DNA of 64,000 bases from an uncultured Methanoregulaceae archaeon (GCA_963740465.1 CAVUEE010000009.1:58700-122699), one strand, 5' to 3'. Shown: positions 10,599 through 21,899, counted from the first letter of the stretch. Translations and numbers: made by a program. The notes: generated from the letters alone by a model not told the origin.

Positions 10599-11982
10599 TC
10601 ATTCACTCATTGCGAGGATCGCGTAGCCTCCGTCCGCGGTCTGGATCACCCGTTTGACCTCACGGATGGACCCTATCGACAACGGACGATCCCAGACGAG
10701 GGTTCCCGCGGCGTCGAACCGGAGAGCGTGAAACCCAGTGTACGGGTTCGGACCGAGGAAGACTTCCGAATCGTAGCCGCTCACACCATTCCCAACGGGA
10801 ACACCCAGCGAGACGTACCCGTCGTCGCTGGTTCCGTTGAAGACACGACTGGCATTCAGGGTCCGCTCCGCGAGCACCCGTTCTGCCGGATCGAGGATGA
10901 CCGAGGTGACACCGAACGCGGGATGCGGAACTGCGGAGCTCTTCGTACCAGCGATCACATCGGTCCCGTCGGTCACGACCCGCATTCGAACGCTCCCCTG
11001 ATACTCGACCTGACCGAGCGAGACCAGAGTCCCTGCCGCGCCGTCCCTGTCGGCCTGCAGCATCCCATAGATCAACGGTGATAATCCCTGCCGGACGTCG
11101 CGGACACCGGCCCCGCGAGCAGCAAGGCTGCCGTCCCCCGGGTCTTCGAACGCGGACCAGACAGCGGCAATCCCCGTATCGTACGTCCGCTGCCATACAA
11201 GCTCTCCATCCGGCGAATACTTCGCCGCCAGGGCTCTCTTCACCGCCATACTGGGAGTATACGACGGCATGGCGACGGTGGGCAGCGTGGTGATGCGACG
11301 GGCGCTGCCGCCCGCTCCGGTGGGCGAAAGCGTCCCGATACCGGTATCGAGCGCCGCGGCATCCTCCAGGGAAGCGGTCGAACCTCCGGGCGTGGCGGTG
11401 GTGATCACGGGCTGTCGGGCGATTTGCTCTCCCGGTGCCGGGGAAGCATTCGTTATCCAGACCTGGTAGACAGTGCATCCACCGACGAGATAACCCCCGT
11501 CCGGAGCCGGGTCAGCGAGGACGCCTCCCGTATCGCGGTCGAGCAGGTCCAGACCGCCGCTCCGGCCCGATCGAAACGTGTCACCTCGCCGCCCTGCATC
11601 AGGGTTGCAAAACCGCCTTCAGGATCGGCGACGACCGCGCGGGGCCGATCGAACCGGTCCGCGTTCGTCTTGTCCGCGATCACCTTTCCGTTCGATGACA
11701 GACGTATCACCCGTGGAGATTCGAACGTTCTCCGGCTCGTGCCGTTCTGCCCGACGATGACAAGTCTCCCCGCTCTCCAGCTCGGCCATGTCTTCGCCAG
11801 CGTCGTCCTGACCGCCGTCGATCGTACGCGTCCATTCCTGTGTTCCGTCCCCGCTCAGCTTTGAGAACGACGATATCTCGTTGCCTGGAGTAATCGGAGC
11901 CCATGCATCCCGGCAGGAGCACGACAAACACTCCCAGTATGATGAGAAGAGCGACGCCCGATATCCGAACAGTGATACCCAT
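10599..11982 (-). pseudogene. Secreted lipoprotein-like protein with BamB/PQQ-like propeller-type repeats; several frame breaks
   Basis: The N-terminus MGITVRISGVALLIILGVFVVLLPGC (signal + lipobox-like LPGC) is in ORF 11707..11982. The body is spread over ORFs 11619..11927, 11453..11710 and 10599..11408. Signatures DG..(V/E)W.R and DGGYA recur. Confidence 0.5.
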
Positions 11983-12183
11983 GCCCCTTCCTCCGGTTAT
12001 TCTCCGGTGTGGACGCGAAACCGCGGAACTGTCGATCTGTTGATTGCTGGTGATACTATGTTAAATGCCCGAAATCATTCGCCGCCTTGATGGGTCTCTG
12101 TCTGGTGGTGCCGGACGACGAGGAAAGAAAAGAGAATGAAAAGGAAGAGAAGACGTGTTGATCTTCGCGGTCGACGACGGGCT

Positions 12184-14017
12184 TCACCGCCCACCGGCGC
12201 CGCCGCCGCCGAAACCGCCGCCGCCGCCGAAACCACCGCCACCGAAGCCACCGCCACCGAAGCCACCGCCGCCGCTCTGGACAGGGGGCGCAAAGAGGAT
12301 CAGTGGCACGAACGCCCTGTTCAGGTTCGTCGGCATCGCAATCTCCTCGGGGAGCCGGATGTTCAGCTCACGCATGGCCTGGGCGACCTTGTCGCCGACC
12401 CCGAGGGCCGTGCCGTAGACCAGCCACTCGCCCCACATCGAGAGATCGGCCGGCGAGTACCTTCCGGAGCATGGCCAGGTCCGAGAGGAAGTGGGCGAAC
12501 GCCTCCCACTCGAGCCGCTCGCGGTAGCCCTCGCCCTTCCAGTGGCCGAAGAGCGTGGACGGGAACGTGATCGCGATCCCGGACTGGGCGATGCCGACCA
12601 CGAAGAGGAGGATCGGCCCGACGAATCGGCCGCTGAGGCTCGGGTAGATGAAGACGAGCAGGAGCGAGACGATCGCGAGCGCAGCCCCGATAAGGATCAG
12701 GGGGGCGATGTGCTCGCGACCAGAGACAATGTACGCCGTCGTCACGGTCGGGTCCGAGTGCGAGGCGATCGCGCGGTAGGACCCGAGATTGCGAATCATC
12801 TCGGACTGGAGGGCCGTATTGCGTTTCGCCTCCTCATTCCGCAGCGCGAGTGTTGCCGTGTCGACCACGTTGTCGGTCGCGATGGCGCCGAGGAAGTCGA
12901 GCACCCGCTGCTCGTACGGATTGTTCGAGCGGGCGCTGTGGAGCTGGATCCGGACGTCCTCGCCGCCGGCAACCTCCTCGACCCGGATCAGTCCGCGCCG
13001 GTGCAGGTCGAGCACCGTCGCGTAGAACCCGTCGGCATCCGAGGTCCCTGCGTCCCCCTTGAAGAGGAGGTTCACGACATATGGGGGTTTGCTCGGGTCA
13101 GGGATCGTGCTCAGGTACTCGGGCACGGTGAAGGCCTTCTCCCGGCCGTACCGCCGGTACAGCAGGAGGAGAGCAACGGGCACGAGGAGCACGAACGCGA
13201 TCCCGGCCCAGTAGAGTATCGTCGAAAGCGTGTAGGGAACGCTCTCCCAGAAGTAGGCCGATCTTGCCTGCCCCTCGACATCGGCGACCGGGCTGGGGAA
13301 GCCCGCGACGGTATCGAGAGCCGAGCGGTTCAGCAGGAGCTCGATCGCGACGTTCTCGCTCTCGCCGGCGGAGCCCGTGATCACGATCTGGTCGCCCTCA
13401 CGCGTCTGCCGGAGCGTGGGCGGGTAGGCGAAGACCTCGCTCACTCCGTCCGCCGGAAGCGTGATGCGGATAAACGAATACGGCACATGCTTCCCCTCCC
13501 GCGCGAGCTTCAGGTTCACGTGGACGAACGACGCGTCGTACTCGACCGGCGGGCGGACCACGAACGAATACCGGGCGTCATATGTTCCGCTCGAGAAGTA
13601 TCCGGTGTCGACGAGCCCGACCTCGTTCAGCTCGGCCTGCGCCGCGACGAACGACGCCGTCCCGGGATCGCTCACCGGCCCGTAGAGCCGGACTGTGCCT
13701 GAAGCGTCGCGGGCGTACCCGGTTATGCTGTCAGGCGGCGTGACCCCAACCATCTCGATGTGGGGGGAGGTGGTCGCGTTGAAAACGAGCGGGACGTCGA
13801 AGGTCCGGAAGAGCATCCGGTATGTGCCGGGCGCTCCGACGTTGTACACGTAGCGCTCCGCGAGGCTCCCGTTGAGCGCGTAGTCGGCCTCGTAGGTATC
13901 GACCGAGAGCCCCCCCGCGAAGGTGAGGGTAGGCAGCCAGAGCGCGAGGGCTGCAGCCACGAGCCCGAGGGCGAGCGTGACCGCGACCAGGACCGCGAGC
14001 GAGCGTTCTTCGCCCAT
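12184..14017 (-). pseudogene. DUF2207 family membrane protein with Gly-rich C-terminal tail; frame break near 12440
   Basis: 549-aa ORF 12368..14017 has an N-terminal TM, a large ectodomain and several C-terminal TMs. The tail MWGEWLVYGTALGVGDKV...GGGGFGGGGFGGGGFGGGGG is in ORF 12184..12438. It lies adjacent to lemA, as is usual for this family. Confidence 0.75.
12190..12280. repeat. Short tandem GC-rich repeat encoding the (GGGGF)n tail of the DUF2207 protein
   Basis: Iterated gccgccgccgaaacc / gccaccgccaccgaagcc units. The antisense frame reads PPPKPPPPPKPPPP. Confidence 0.7.
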
Positions 14018-14023
14018 GGCCGA

Positions 14024-14590
14024 TCAGAACTCGATCGTCGGCGGCCGCTCGATCGCCTCTTCGAACTGGAGGTACTCGAGCTTCTGCATCCCGATCAGAC
14101 GCGCCACGATGTTCGACGGGACGACGTCGACCATCGTGTTGAGCTGCTGGGCCACGTTGTTGTAGGTGTAGCGCTGGCGTGCGATCTCGTCCTCGACGCC
14201 GCGGACGGCCCCCGTCAGTTCCTGGACCGTGGTCGAGGTCTTCAGGTCCGGGTAGGCCTCTGCCACGGCGAAGAGCGAGCCGAGGATCGACCGGCTCTCG
14301 CGTTCGACCGTATCGAGCTGTGCCGGCCCGCCGCTCGTCACCGAGGCGCGGAGCTGCGTGACCCGCTCGAGGGTCTCCTTCTCGAACTTCGCGTAGCTCT
14401 TGACCGCGCCGAGCAGCTGCTCGATCATGTCGAGCCGCTTCTTCATCGCGACCCGGATCTGTCCGAGCGTCGCCTCGGCCGAGTTCTTCAGGTTGAAGAA
14501 CCGGTTGTAGATCCCAAAGAACCAGACGACGAGCCCGAGCAGGACGAGCACGACAACGGCGATGAGAACGATCGTGATCAGGTCAACCAC
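14024..14590 (-). CDS. lemA: LemA family protein
   Basis: 188 aa with an N-terminal TM, then YNRFFNLKNSAEATLGQIRVAMKKRLDMI..AEAYPDLK..RQRYTYNNVAQQLN, typical LemA. Confidence 0.85.
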   Translation of the reverse strand: MVDLITIVLIAVVVLVLLGLVVWFFGIYNRFFNLKNSAEATLGQIRVAMKKRLDMIEQLLGAVKSYAKFEKETLERVTQLRASVTSGGPAQLDTVERESRSILGSLFAVAEAYPDLKTSTTVQELTGAVRGVEDEIARQRYTYNNVAQQLNTMVDVVPSNIVARLIGMQKLEYLQFEEAIERPPTIEF

Positions 14591-14664
14591 AGTGTCACCG
14601 TGGTACAGATGGGGGCGTACCTATTTATGGGTTCGCCGCGGCGGCGGACGAAGAAAAGGGAGAG

Positions 14665-15111
14665 TTAGGCGCCCGTGACCACGGGGTAGCCGGCGTCCTT
14701 CCACTTGGCGATACCGCCCCGCATATTGTAGACCTTCGCGAAGCCGAGTTCGCTCATGATCTGCGCGGCGCGGGCCGAACGAGTGCCGCTCTGGCAGTAG
14801 ACGAGGTAGGTCCTCTGCCGATCGAGGCGGGCGACACGGTCGCTAAAGACGCCGGCGCTGACGTCGAGGTTCACGGCGTTGCGGAGGCGCTCGCGCTCGA
14901 ACTCGGTCGGAGTCCGGACGTCCAGGATTACGACCTCGCCGGACTGCCCCTGGGACTGGTCGACCATCTGTTTGAACTCTTCGACCGAGAGGTCCGTGTG
15001 GACCGATGTCGCGTTCGCCGCCGAGGTCTGGGTGCCGGTGCAGCCGGCGCTGACGGCGAGCGCGAGGACGAGCACGACGGGCGCGAACAACCGGAGGGTG
15101 CGGATCAACAT
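14665..15111 (-). CDS. Rhodanese-domain (sulfurtransferase-like) lipoprotein
   Basis: Signal peptide + lipobox (LALAVSAGC). The rhodanese core is ILDVRTPTEF..YLVYCQSGTRSARAA..VYNMRGGIAKW, with the active-site CQSGTRS loop. Confidence 0.8.
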   Translation of the reverse strand: MLIRTLRLFAPVVLVLALAVSAGCTGTQTSAANATSVHTDLSVEEFKQMVDQSQGQSGEVVILDVRTPTEFERERLRNAVNLDVSAGVFSDRVARLDRQRTYLVYCQSGTRSARAAQIMSELGFAKVYNMRGGIAKWKDAGYPVVTGA

Positions 15112-15177
15112 CCGATCAAGATCTCGGCCCGAATGGTTAAACCCCTTTTGTTGGGGGAAGAGGGAGAGAAAGGGGGG

Positions 15178-17828
15178 TCAGAGGGAGCTGCCAGACTGGA
15201 CGGCGGCCTCGGAGACCTCGACCGTCCCGCCCGTGGAGAGCAGGCGGTACGGTCCCGTCGTGTGGACATCCCCGGTGCTGCCGCTGGTGGCGTACGGGAG
15301 CACGAACTCGCCGTTCACCGCGGTGGAGCGCCATGTGAAGGCCCGGCCCGTATTCGTGACGACCGGGACCTCGATCGTCCCCTCGCCGCGGAGGCGGGCG
15401 CCCTTCACGTACTCGAAGACCTTCACGTACTTCACCGCGATGCCGCCCGCGTTCGTGGGCGACTCGTGGACGAGCCGGTAATGGCCGAGCGCGGGGACGG
15501 TCTCGACCGGCTGGTTCGGCTGGACCCCTGCGGCGATCGCATGGGTGCCGGCTGCGGCCTGGGCGTTGTACGCGGCCGCGCGTGCGACCGCTGCGGTCGC
15601 GTTCATGGACTCGGCCCGGGTGATCAGCGGGAGCGCGGTATTCGCCTTCGACGGGTCCGAGTACTCGATGTAGTACGCGGTCCCGGGCGCCGTCTCCGAG
15701 CCGTCGAAGGTATGGAGCCGGGCGACCGTGGTCAGGTAGTAGGGCTGAAGGTTGACCGTGACCGGGTCGAGGATGTTCGTGTTCTGCTGGTTCCGGGCGT
15801 ACAGGGTCATCTGGTACGGCGCGGTCTGGGCCGTGGTATTATACCAGGTCGCCATCGCCCAGAACTTCGAGATGGCCATCTCGATATCCGTGACAACGTA
15901 CCGCGTCTCCTTCACGTCCAGGATCCGGTTCGACTCGGTCTCGTTCGTTGAGACGAAGTACGCGGCCGCGCCGTCCGGACCGGCGACGCCCTGCTGGAAC
16001 GGGTTCGCGTTCGGGATCCGTTCGGCGATGTAGGTGATCATGTGGCCGTAGTCCCACCAGGACATCACGCCATAGGCCTCGGACGGATAGGCGAAGCCCT
16101 GCTTGGCGTAGATCTTCTTCATGTCCATGCCCGTCGCGGGGGTGCCGTTCTGCATCCACTCGAGCGACTCCTTCCAGTCCGGGTTCATCCGGTTGACCTG
16201 CTGGCTCGCGGTCGCATACGAGGTCGTGAAGTCGGCCTGACCGTCTCCGTCGAGGTCGACGGGCAGGGTCGAGAAGTAAGCGAAAAGGAGCGTGATCACG
16301 ATTGTGCCGATCACGAGCGCGGCCCCGGCCACGCTGTAGGACCGATGGGCGGCGTGGGCGCGCTGCTTGCCGGTCGGGGTCTTCGCGGACGGCGCTTTCT
16401 TGCCACCCTTTTTCCGGTCTTTTTCTCGGGCTCGGGAGCCGGCGCGGGCGCAGGCTTGGCCGCCTTCGAGCCAAGGCCGAGCATGGCCGCGAGATCGGCG
16501 CCTCCGAGCTCGAATGCAAATGAGACAACGATCCCGGCGAGCAGGGCGATGTTGACGGCGAGATAGTACTCGGTACCGGACGTGCTGAATCGTGGAGAGG
16601 AGGATGATCGCGGACCAGACGAAGACGAAGAGGTGGTCGGCCCGGTGCTCGCGCCAGAACCGGAACGCAAGCACGCCGAAGCCCGCGATCATCAGCACGA
16701 GCCCGAGCTGGAACGTGGACCAGGCCGCCGCCAACGACCAGCCGCGCGCCTCCTGGACCGTGTTCGTCACGTCGTACTGGCCGAAGAACGCGCCGAAGCT
16801 GCCGATCAGGATATTGTAGACGTCGGGGAGGGCGACAAAGAGGACCACGCCGATAACGACCCCGCAGCCTGCGAGCGCGGCCGGGAAGTAGTACCAGGGG
16901 CGGTCCCGGAGGTACCGGGCGAGCCCCCAGAGGATCGCCGTCCCGGCGATGATGCCGAGATACGCGATCACATGGCCCACCGTGTAGGCCGAGAGGTCGA
17001 TGCCCGAGTTCTTGATGCCGAAGATCAGGTAGAGGACGAGCGTCACCGCGAACACGACGACATTGATCACCAGCAGGCCATCGCTCGAGCGCCCGCGATA
17101 GGCGTCGTAGAGGAACTGGGCGAGCGTGTAGATCGCGACGATCATCGCGAAGAGGATCATCGTCGGCATCGCCACGAGCCCGACGAAGTACGCGACGCCC
17201 GCTGCGGCTGCGAGCAGGGCCGGCCTCTTCAGGCTCTCGATCACTGGTCAGCGAGACTTCGTTGTCGAGCGCGTACCGGACCACCAGGATATAGACCAGG
17301 CAGAAGACGGTCGAGGTGAGGGTCTCGGTCATGTGGTGGTCGAAGTACCCGAAGAGGGAGCGGAAGAAGGTACTGGCCCGCGATGACCGCGATCAGGCCG
17401 GCTGCGACGAGCCCGCCCTTCCAGTCCGAGAGGCGCCGGCCGAGCAGGAACATCACCGGCACCATCACCGCGGCCATCAGCGGCGGGACCGTGAGGGAGG
17501 CGAAGATGATCTCCGGCTGTGTGGTCGCCCCCACCAGAAGGGAGAGGGTCGCGGCGATGTAGGTGGTCAGCGGCCCCCAGTAGAGATCGGTGCCGTACGG
17601 GAAGAGGGTCATCGGCTCCCACCAGGCGTAGGTCGGGAAGTTGGCGAGCATCAACTCGACCTGACGGAGGTTGTAGAGCGGGTCGTCGGAGCCGACGAAC
17701 GAGAGGATATCCTGATTCCCGATCTGCATGGCCGGGATCATCCGGATCCAGAACGCGAGGATTGCGAAGAACGCGATCAGCGCGATGATGAGATACGTGC
17801 GGTACTTCGAAAGAACGGGCGGTGTCAT
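15178..17828 (-). pseudogene. aglB: Archaeal oligosaccharyltransferase AglB (STT3 family); about four frame breaks (~17335, ~17247, ~16575, ~16405)
   Basis: The multi-TM N-terminus is in ORF 17241..17828, continuing in ORFs 15839..17332, 16311..16670 and 15178..17244. The catalytic WWDYGH motif and a large C-terminal soluble domain are present. Confidence 0.85.
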
Positions 17829-17863
17829 CCCTCCCTCCGCTGTACAGGTGCTCCGCAGGACCG

Positions 17864-17874
17864 TTAATATATTT
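17864..17874 (-). promoter_or_regulatory. TATA-box-like element (AAATATATTAA on minus strand) upstream of aglB
   Basis: An AT-rich 11-mer in GC-rich surroundings, ~40 nt upstream of the aglB start at 17828. Confidence 0.4.
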
Positions 17875-17896
17875 GGATAGGCCTCGGATGAAGAGC

Positions 17897-18583
17897 AGAG
17901 CGGTCAGGCGGCGCTGAGGGTATCCGCGGGCGATCCCGAAGAGCCTCAACAGGACCGATCCGTCGGTGAGCGCCATCACGCCGAGGATCAGCACGTTCAG
18001 GTGCGGGTTCACGATAGACGACGTGCAGAGGAAATAGCCCACGACGACGAGCACAACGGATCATGCCGCGCCCCCGAGCGCGTTGGAGAGCGGGAATCAC
18101 CGGCAGCTCACATTGGCCCGATGCCGACAAGGAACGGCGCGAAGGGGCCTACGAGCGGAACGAAGTGGACGACGAAGATCGCGAGGGCGCCCTGGCGCTC
18201 GAAGGAGCGGTAGGTGCGGTCGATGTACCGACTTCTGCCGGACGTCATCGGGAAACCGGCACAGGAGATATGCGGGTAGGGTCAGTTGCCGATCCGGTGG
18301 CCGTCTCCGCGGAGATTGCAACTAAGACGGCGAGTAGCAGGATCGGATCCAGATTCCCGGCCGCCGCCGCAGCACCGGCTCCTAAGAGAAGTGCGTCGCT
18401 GAGGATCGCGCCACAACGAGTCCTGTATCGAGGACGATCGCATTCGTGGCATACCGCTCGCTCACGAGCGACAGGTTCTGGTCGAGGTGGAGGAAGAGCT
18501 CGAGCGGTCCGCGGAGTATGGAGGTCGAGTAAACGGGTGATGTTGAAGGCCGGCCGGTCCTCCGTCGCCGGCCGAACCACCAC
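17897..18583 (-). pseudogene. DedA/SNARE-associated family membrane protein, heavily frame-disrupted; ends approximate
   Basis: Pieces lie in three frames in DedA-like order: ..NITRLLDL / LFLHLDQNLSLVSERY.., ..ILSDALLLGAGAAAAAGNLDPILLLAVLVAISAET.., ..RYIDRTYRSFERQGALAIFVVHFVPLVGPFAPFLVGIG.., ..VLVVVGYFLCTSSIVNPHLNVLILGVMAL.. Confidence 0.4.
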
Positions 18584-18604
18584 CCGGTCGTTTAAAGGAG
18601 GGTT

Positions 18605-18763
18605 TTAAAGGAGTGTATCAAGCGCGAGCACGATCGCACCGATCAGGGCCGCTACAACGATCACATAGTAGGGGTTGATGTGGACGGCGCGCCGGTCCTC
18701 GCTCTCGTAGTAGTTGACGAGCCCGGCCGACGAGATCAGCCGCCCGCCCCGCTTCTTCGCCAT
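18605..18763 (-). CDS. secG: Preprotein translocase subunit Sec61-beta (archaeal SecG), 52 aa
   Basis: Not in the ORF track (<60 aa). The ATG at 18763 gives MAKKRGGRLISSAGLVNYYESEDRRAVHINPYYVIVVAALIGAIVLALDTLL; stop at 18605-18607. The SSAGL(x)(R/N)Y(F/Y)E motif plus a C-terminal TM is diagnostic. Confidence 0.85.
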   Translation of the reverse strand: MAKKRGGRLISSAGLVNYYESEDRRAVHINPYYVIVVAALIGAIVLALDTLL

Positions 18764-18804
18764 ATCAACCTATATCTGGGTCTGGTCATTTAAATAATCA
18801 CGGG

Positions 18805-19839
18805 ATGACGCAGAGAGTCTACTCGGGCCTCGCCTTCACGGGCCCCTCGCTCGAGTATCGGCCGGCCGACGTCGTGGTCGAGCGCAACCGGATCGTTGCG
18901 ATCGAGGAGCGGACGCATGCGCCCGCGCGCTGGATCTGCCCCTCGTTCTTCAACGCCCACACGCACCTCGGCGACACCATCGCGATGGACGCCCCGTCCG
19001 ACGGGGACCTGGCGTCGCTCGTTGCGCCCCCGGCCGGGCTCAAGCACCGACTCCTCGGTGCGGCCCCGGACGCGGACTGCGTCGCGGGCATGCGGGAGAG
19101 CGTTCGCCGGATGGTCAGGGGCGGGACGGGCGGATTCGCCGACTTCCGCGAGGGCGGCACGCGCGGCGTCGGGCTCCTGCGGGAGGCCGTGGCGGGCCTC
19201 CCCTGCCGGGCCGTGGCCCTCGGGAGAGGCGGGGGGGAGGAAGCCGCCGGCGGCGCCGGCATCGCGAGCACGCGGGATGTCCCGGAGTATAGAGACGTGG
19301 TCGACCGCGTCCGGCGTGCCGGCGGGCTCGTCGCGTTCCACGCGGGCGAGCGCGACGCCGACGACGTGGACGATGCCCTCGACTGCCAGCCCGATCTCGT
19401 GGTGCACATGACGCACGCGACCGAAGCGCAACTCCGGCGGTGCGCCGACGAGGCGATCCCGATCGCGGTCTGTCCGCGCTCGAACTGGCGCCTCAGGATG
19501 GCTGTGGACAGCGCGCATCCGCCGATCGCGCGGATGTTCGAGCTCGGCTGCCGGGTGCTGATCGGCACGGACAACGCGATGTTCGTCCCCCCCGACATGG
19601 CGGGCGAACTCGCGTTCACATCGGTCGTCTACGGCCTCGAACCGGCAGCCCTGCTCCGTGCCGGGATCGACGGCGCCGCCCTCACCGGAAGCCCGACGTG
19701 GCTCGAACCGGGCGCAATCGCCTCCTTCTTCGTCGTGGATCCGCCCCACGCAGGACTCTCGTTCAGCCGCGATCCCGTTGCGTCTCTGGTCCGGCGGCTC
19801 GACACGGGGTCAATCAAAACAAATGTTTTTAACCAGTAG
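18805..19839 (+). CDS. Metal-dependent amidohydrolase (chlorohydrolase/deaminase-like) family protein
   Basis: 344 aa with FFNAHTHLGD (HxH metal motif), ..HAGE.., ..HMTHAT.. and ..GTDNAM.. (Asp of the amidohydrolase fold). Confidence 0.65.
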   Translation: MTQRVYSGLAFTGPSLEYRPADVVVERNRIVAIEERTHAPARWICPSFFNAHTHLGDTIAMDAPSDGDLASLVAPPAGLKHRLLGAAPDADCVAGMRESVRRMVRGGTGGFADFREGGTRGVGLLREAVAGLPCRAVALGRGGGEEAAGGAGIASTRDVPEYRDVVDRVRRAGGLVAFHAGERDADDVDDALDCQPDLVVHMTHATEAQLRRCADEAIPIAVCPRSNWRLRMAVDSAHPPIARMFELGCRVLIGTDNAMFVPPDMAGELAFTSVVYGLEPAALLRAGIDGAALTGSPTWLEPGAIASFFVVDPPHAGLSFSRDPVASLVRRLDTGSIKTNVFNQ

Positions 19840-19874
19840 GACGAATCTATAAAGACTATTTTCTGAGGGTGTGT

Positions 19875-20304
19875 ATGTTCCGAAAGGTACTGGTAGCGAT
19901 CGACGGTTCCAGCCAGAGTCTGCAGGCTCTGAGGACGGCGATCGACGAGGCGAAGGTGTGGAACGCCGAGGTGCATGCTGCCTACGTAATCGAGATCGGC
20001 CTCTTCTCCTCGCTCCCCGTCGACAATACCTGGGAGGTCATGTACAGCCTCCTCGACAAGGAGGGCAAGGAGATCCTGGACGGTGCAGTCGCAGCGGGGG
20101 CCGAAGCCGGCGTTCCGTTTACGACCCACCTTCGACAGGGCCACGCGGGCCAGGAGACTCCTGAACCTCGCGGAGGAGGTCGGCGCCGATCTCATCGTGG
20201 TCGGATCGCTCGGGAAGAGCGGGATTGAGCGGCTCCTGCTGGGCTCGGTCAGTTCCTTCGTGGTGACAAACAGTCCCGTTACGACGATGGTGGTGAGAAA
20301 ATAA
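19875..20304 (+). pseudogene. Universal stress protein (UspA family); frame break near 20150
   Basis: MFRKVLVAIDGSSQSLQAL.. is in ORF 19869..20228. The C-terminal ..EEVGADLIVVGSLGKSGIERLLLGSVSSFVVTNSPVTTMVVRK (ATP-binding G-x2-G-x9-G(S/T) motif) is in ORF 20083..20304. Confidence 0.8.
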
Positions 20305-20315
20305 GCCCGCAGCTC

Positions 20316-21159
20316 GTGCGCGACTACATGACCCAGGACGTGGTCTCGGTCGAGATTCCCGGCAACCGCGACGACGTCCTGAAGATCCTGAAGCGCACAG
20401 GGATCAGTGGCGTACCGGTGATCAAGGACGAAAAGATCGTGGGGATCATCACGAGGAAAGACCTGCTCCGCAAGCCGGACGAGACCCAGCCTCGGTCTCC
20501 TCATGACGCCCGACCCGGTCACCATCGGTCCCGACGCCACGATCGCTGATGCGGCCCGGCTCATGATCCGACACGGCATCCGCCGGTTACCCGTGGTCGA
20601 GGACAGGCGTCTCGTCGGCCTCCTCTCGGTCTCCGACCTGATCCTCGCGATCGCGCAGATGAAGTGCTCGGTCCCGATACGGGATGTCTACACGAGCCAG
20701 ACCTTCGCGATCTGGGAGGAGACGCCACTCACGGTCGTCGGCAGGGTCATGGAGATCTCGGGCTTCGACGCCATACCGATCCTGGACGCGGACAACACGC
20801 TCCGCGGGATCATCTCGGAGCGCGATCTGATCCGAAATTCGGTGATCGAGGACTCGGTCGGGATCTCGGACTTCTCGAACGGGACCGACGACGACGAGTG
20901 GACGTGGGAGAGCATCCGCGACAACCACACGCTGTCGTATTCGATCTCGAAGGTCCAGATCCCGAAGAAGCCGGTCAAACACGCGATGGTCAAGAACGTG
21001 ATCGCCGTGCCGCTGAATGCTGAGGTCAGCGAGTGCGCGCTCAAGATGAAGCGGGCACGGGTCGACCAGCTGCCCGTGATCAACGGGGACAAACGCTTGG
21101 TCGCCATGCTCTTCGATCGGGACCTGATCCGGGTCCTCTGCTCACCCACGCCCCCATAA
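20316..21159 (+). pseudogene. CBS-domain protein (four CBS repeats); frame break near 20495
   Basis: GTG 20316 VRDYMTQDVVSV..GISGVPVI..GIITRKDLL is in ORF 20316..20549. It continues as LMTPDPVTI..GIRRLPVVED..LSVSDL.. plus two more CBS units in ORF 20503..21159. Confidence 0.8.
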
Positions 21160-21248
21160 CAACCTATAAGATGGATCGCGATGTTGTATATCCTGGACAG
21201 CACTTTTATAGTGATTCTCCCTATTCACAGACTTTTTGAGGTACTCTG

Positions 21249-21887
21249 ATGGCAGAGCCGGAGATAATGACGGGGACCACGACGCTCGGTATCGTTTTCA
21301 ACGGCGGCGTGGTCCTGGCAACCGAGAAGCGAGCGACCATGGGCTACATGATCGCTTCGAAGCGTGCGAAGAAGGTCTACCAGATCGCGGACCGGATCGG
21401 GATGACAACGGCCGGCGGCGTCGGGGACGCGCAGCAGCTGGCCAGGATCATGACCGTCGAGTGCCGGCTCTTCCAGATGCGGCGGGCCAAGCCGATCACG
21501 GTCGGCGCGGCATCGACTCTCCTCTCTAACTACCTGAACCAGAACCGGTACTACCCGTACTACGTCCAGCTCCTTGTCGGGGGCGTGGACCGGACGGGAC
21601 CGTCGGTTTATTCGGTCGATGCCCTCGGCGGGGCCACCCGCGAGGACGACATCGTCGCCACCGGTTCGGGCTCGCCGATGGCCTACGGCGTGCTCGAGGA
21701 CCGGTTCGAGAAGGATATGAGCGAGGAGGAGGCGATCGAACTCGCTGCCCGCGCACTTCGAGCGGCCATGAAGCGGGACTCCGGCTCGGGTGAGGGAATC
21801 CACGTGGTCGTGATCACGGCCGATCGCTACGAGGAACTCTCCGAGGAACGCGCCGATCAGATCATCGCCGCCGCCAAGGCGGCATGA
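21249..21887 (+). CDS. psmB: Proteasome beta subunit
   Basis: 212 aa with propeptide then TTTLGIVFNGGVVLATEKRAT (N-terminal Thr nucleophile context) and ..GSGSPMAYGVLE.. Confidence 0.9.
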   Translation: MAEPEIMTGTTTLGIVFNGGVVLATEKRATMGYMIASKRAKKVYQIADRIGMTTAGGVGDAQQLARIMTVECRLFQMRRAKPITVGAASTLLSNYLNQNRYYPYYVQLLVGGVDRTGPSVYSVDALGGATREDDIVATGSGSPMAYGVLEDRFEKDMSEEEAIELAARALRAAMKRDSGSGEGIHVVVITADRYEELSEERADQIIAAAKAA

Positions 21888-21893
21888 CATCTC

Positions 21894-21899
21894 TTTTTT
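21894..21899 (+). terminator. Oligo-T (T6) after the psmB stop
   Basis: TGA at 21885-21887 is followed by catctcTTTTTTa. Confidence 0.35.

Noticed and set aside
12155-12418. ORF encoding PPAPPPPKPPPPPKPPPPKPPPPKPPPP.
   Set aside because: It is the antisense reading of the (GGGGF)n tail repeat of the DUF2207 gene.
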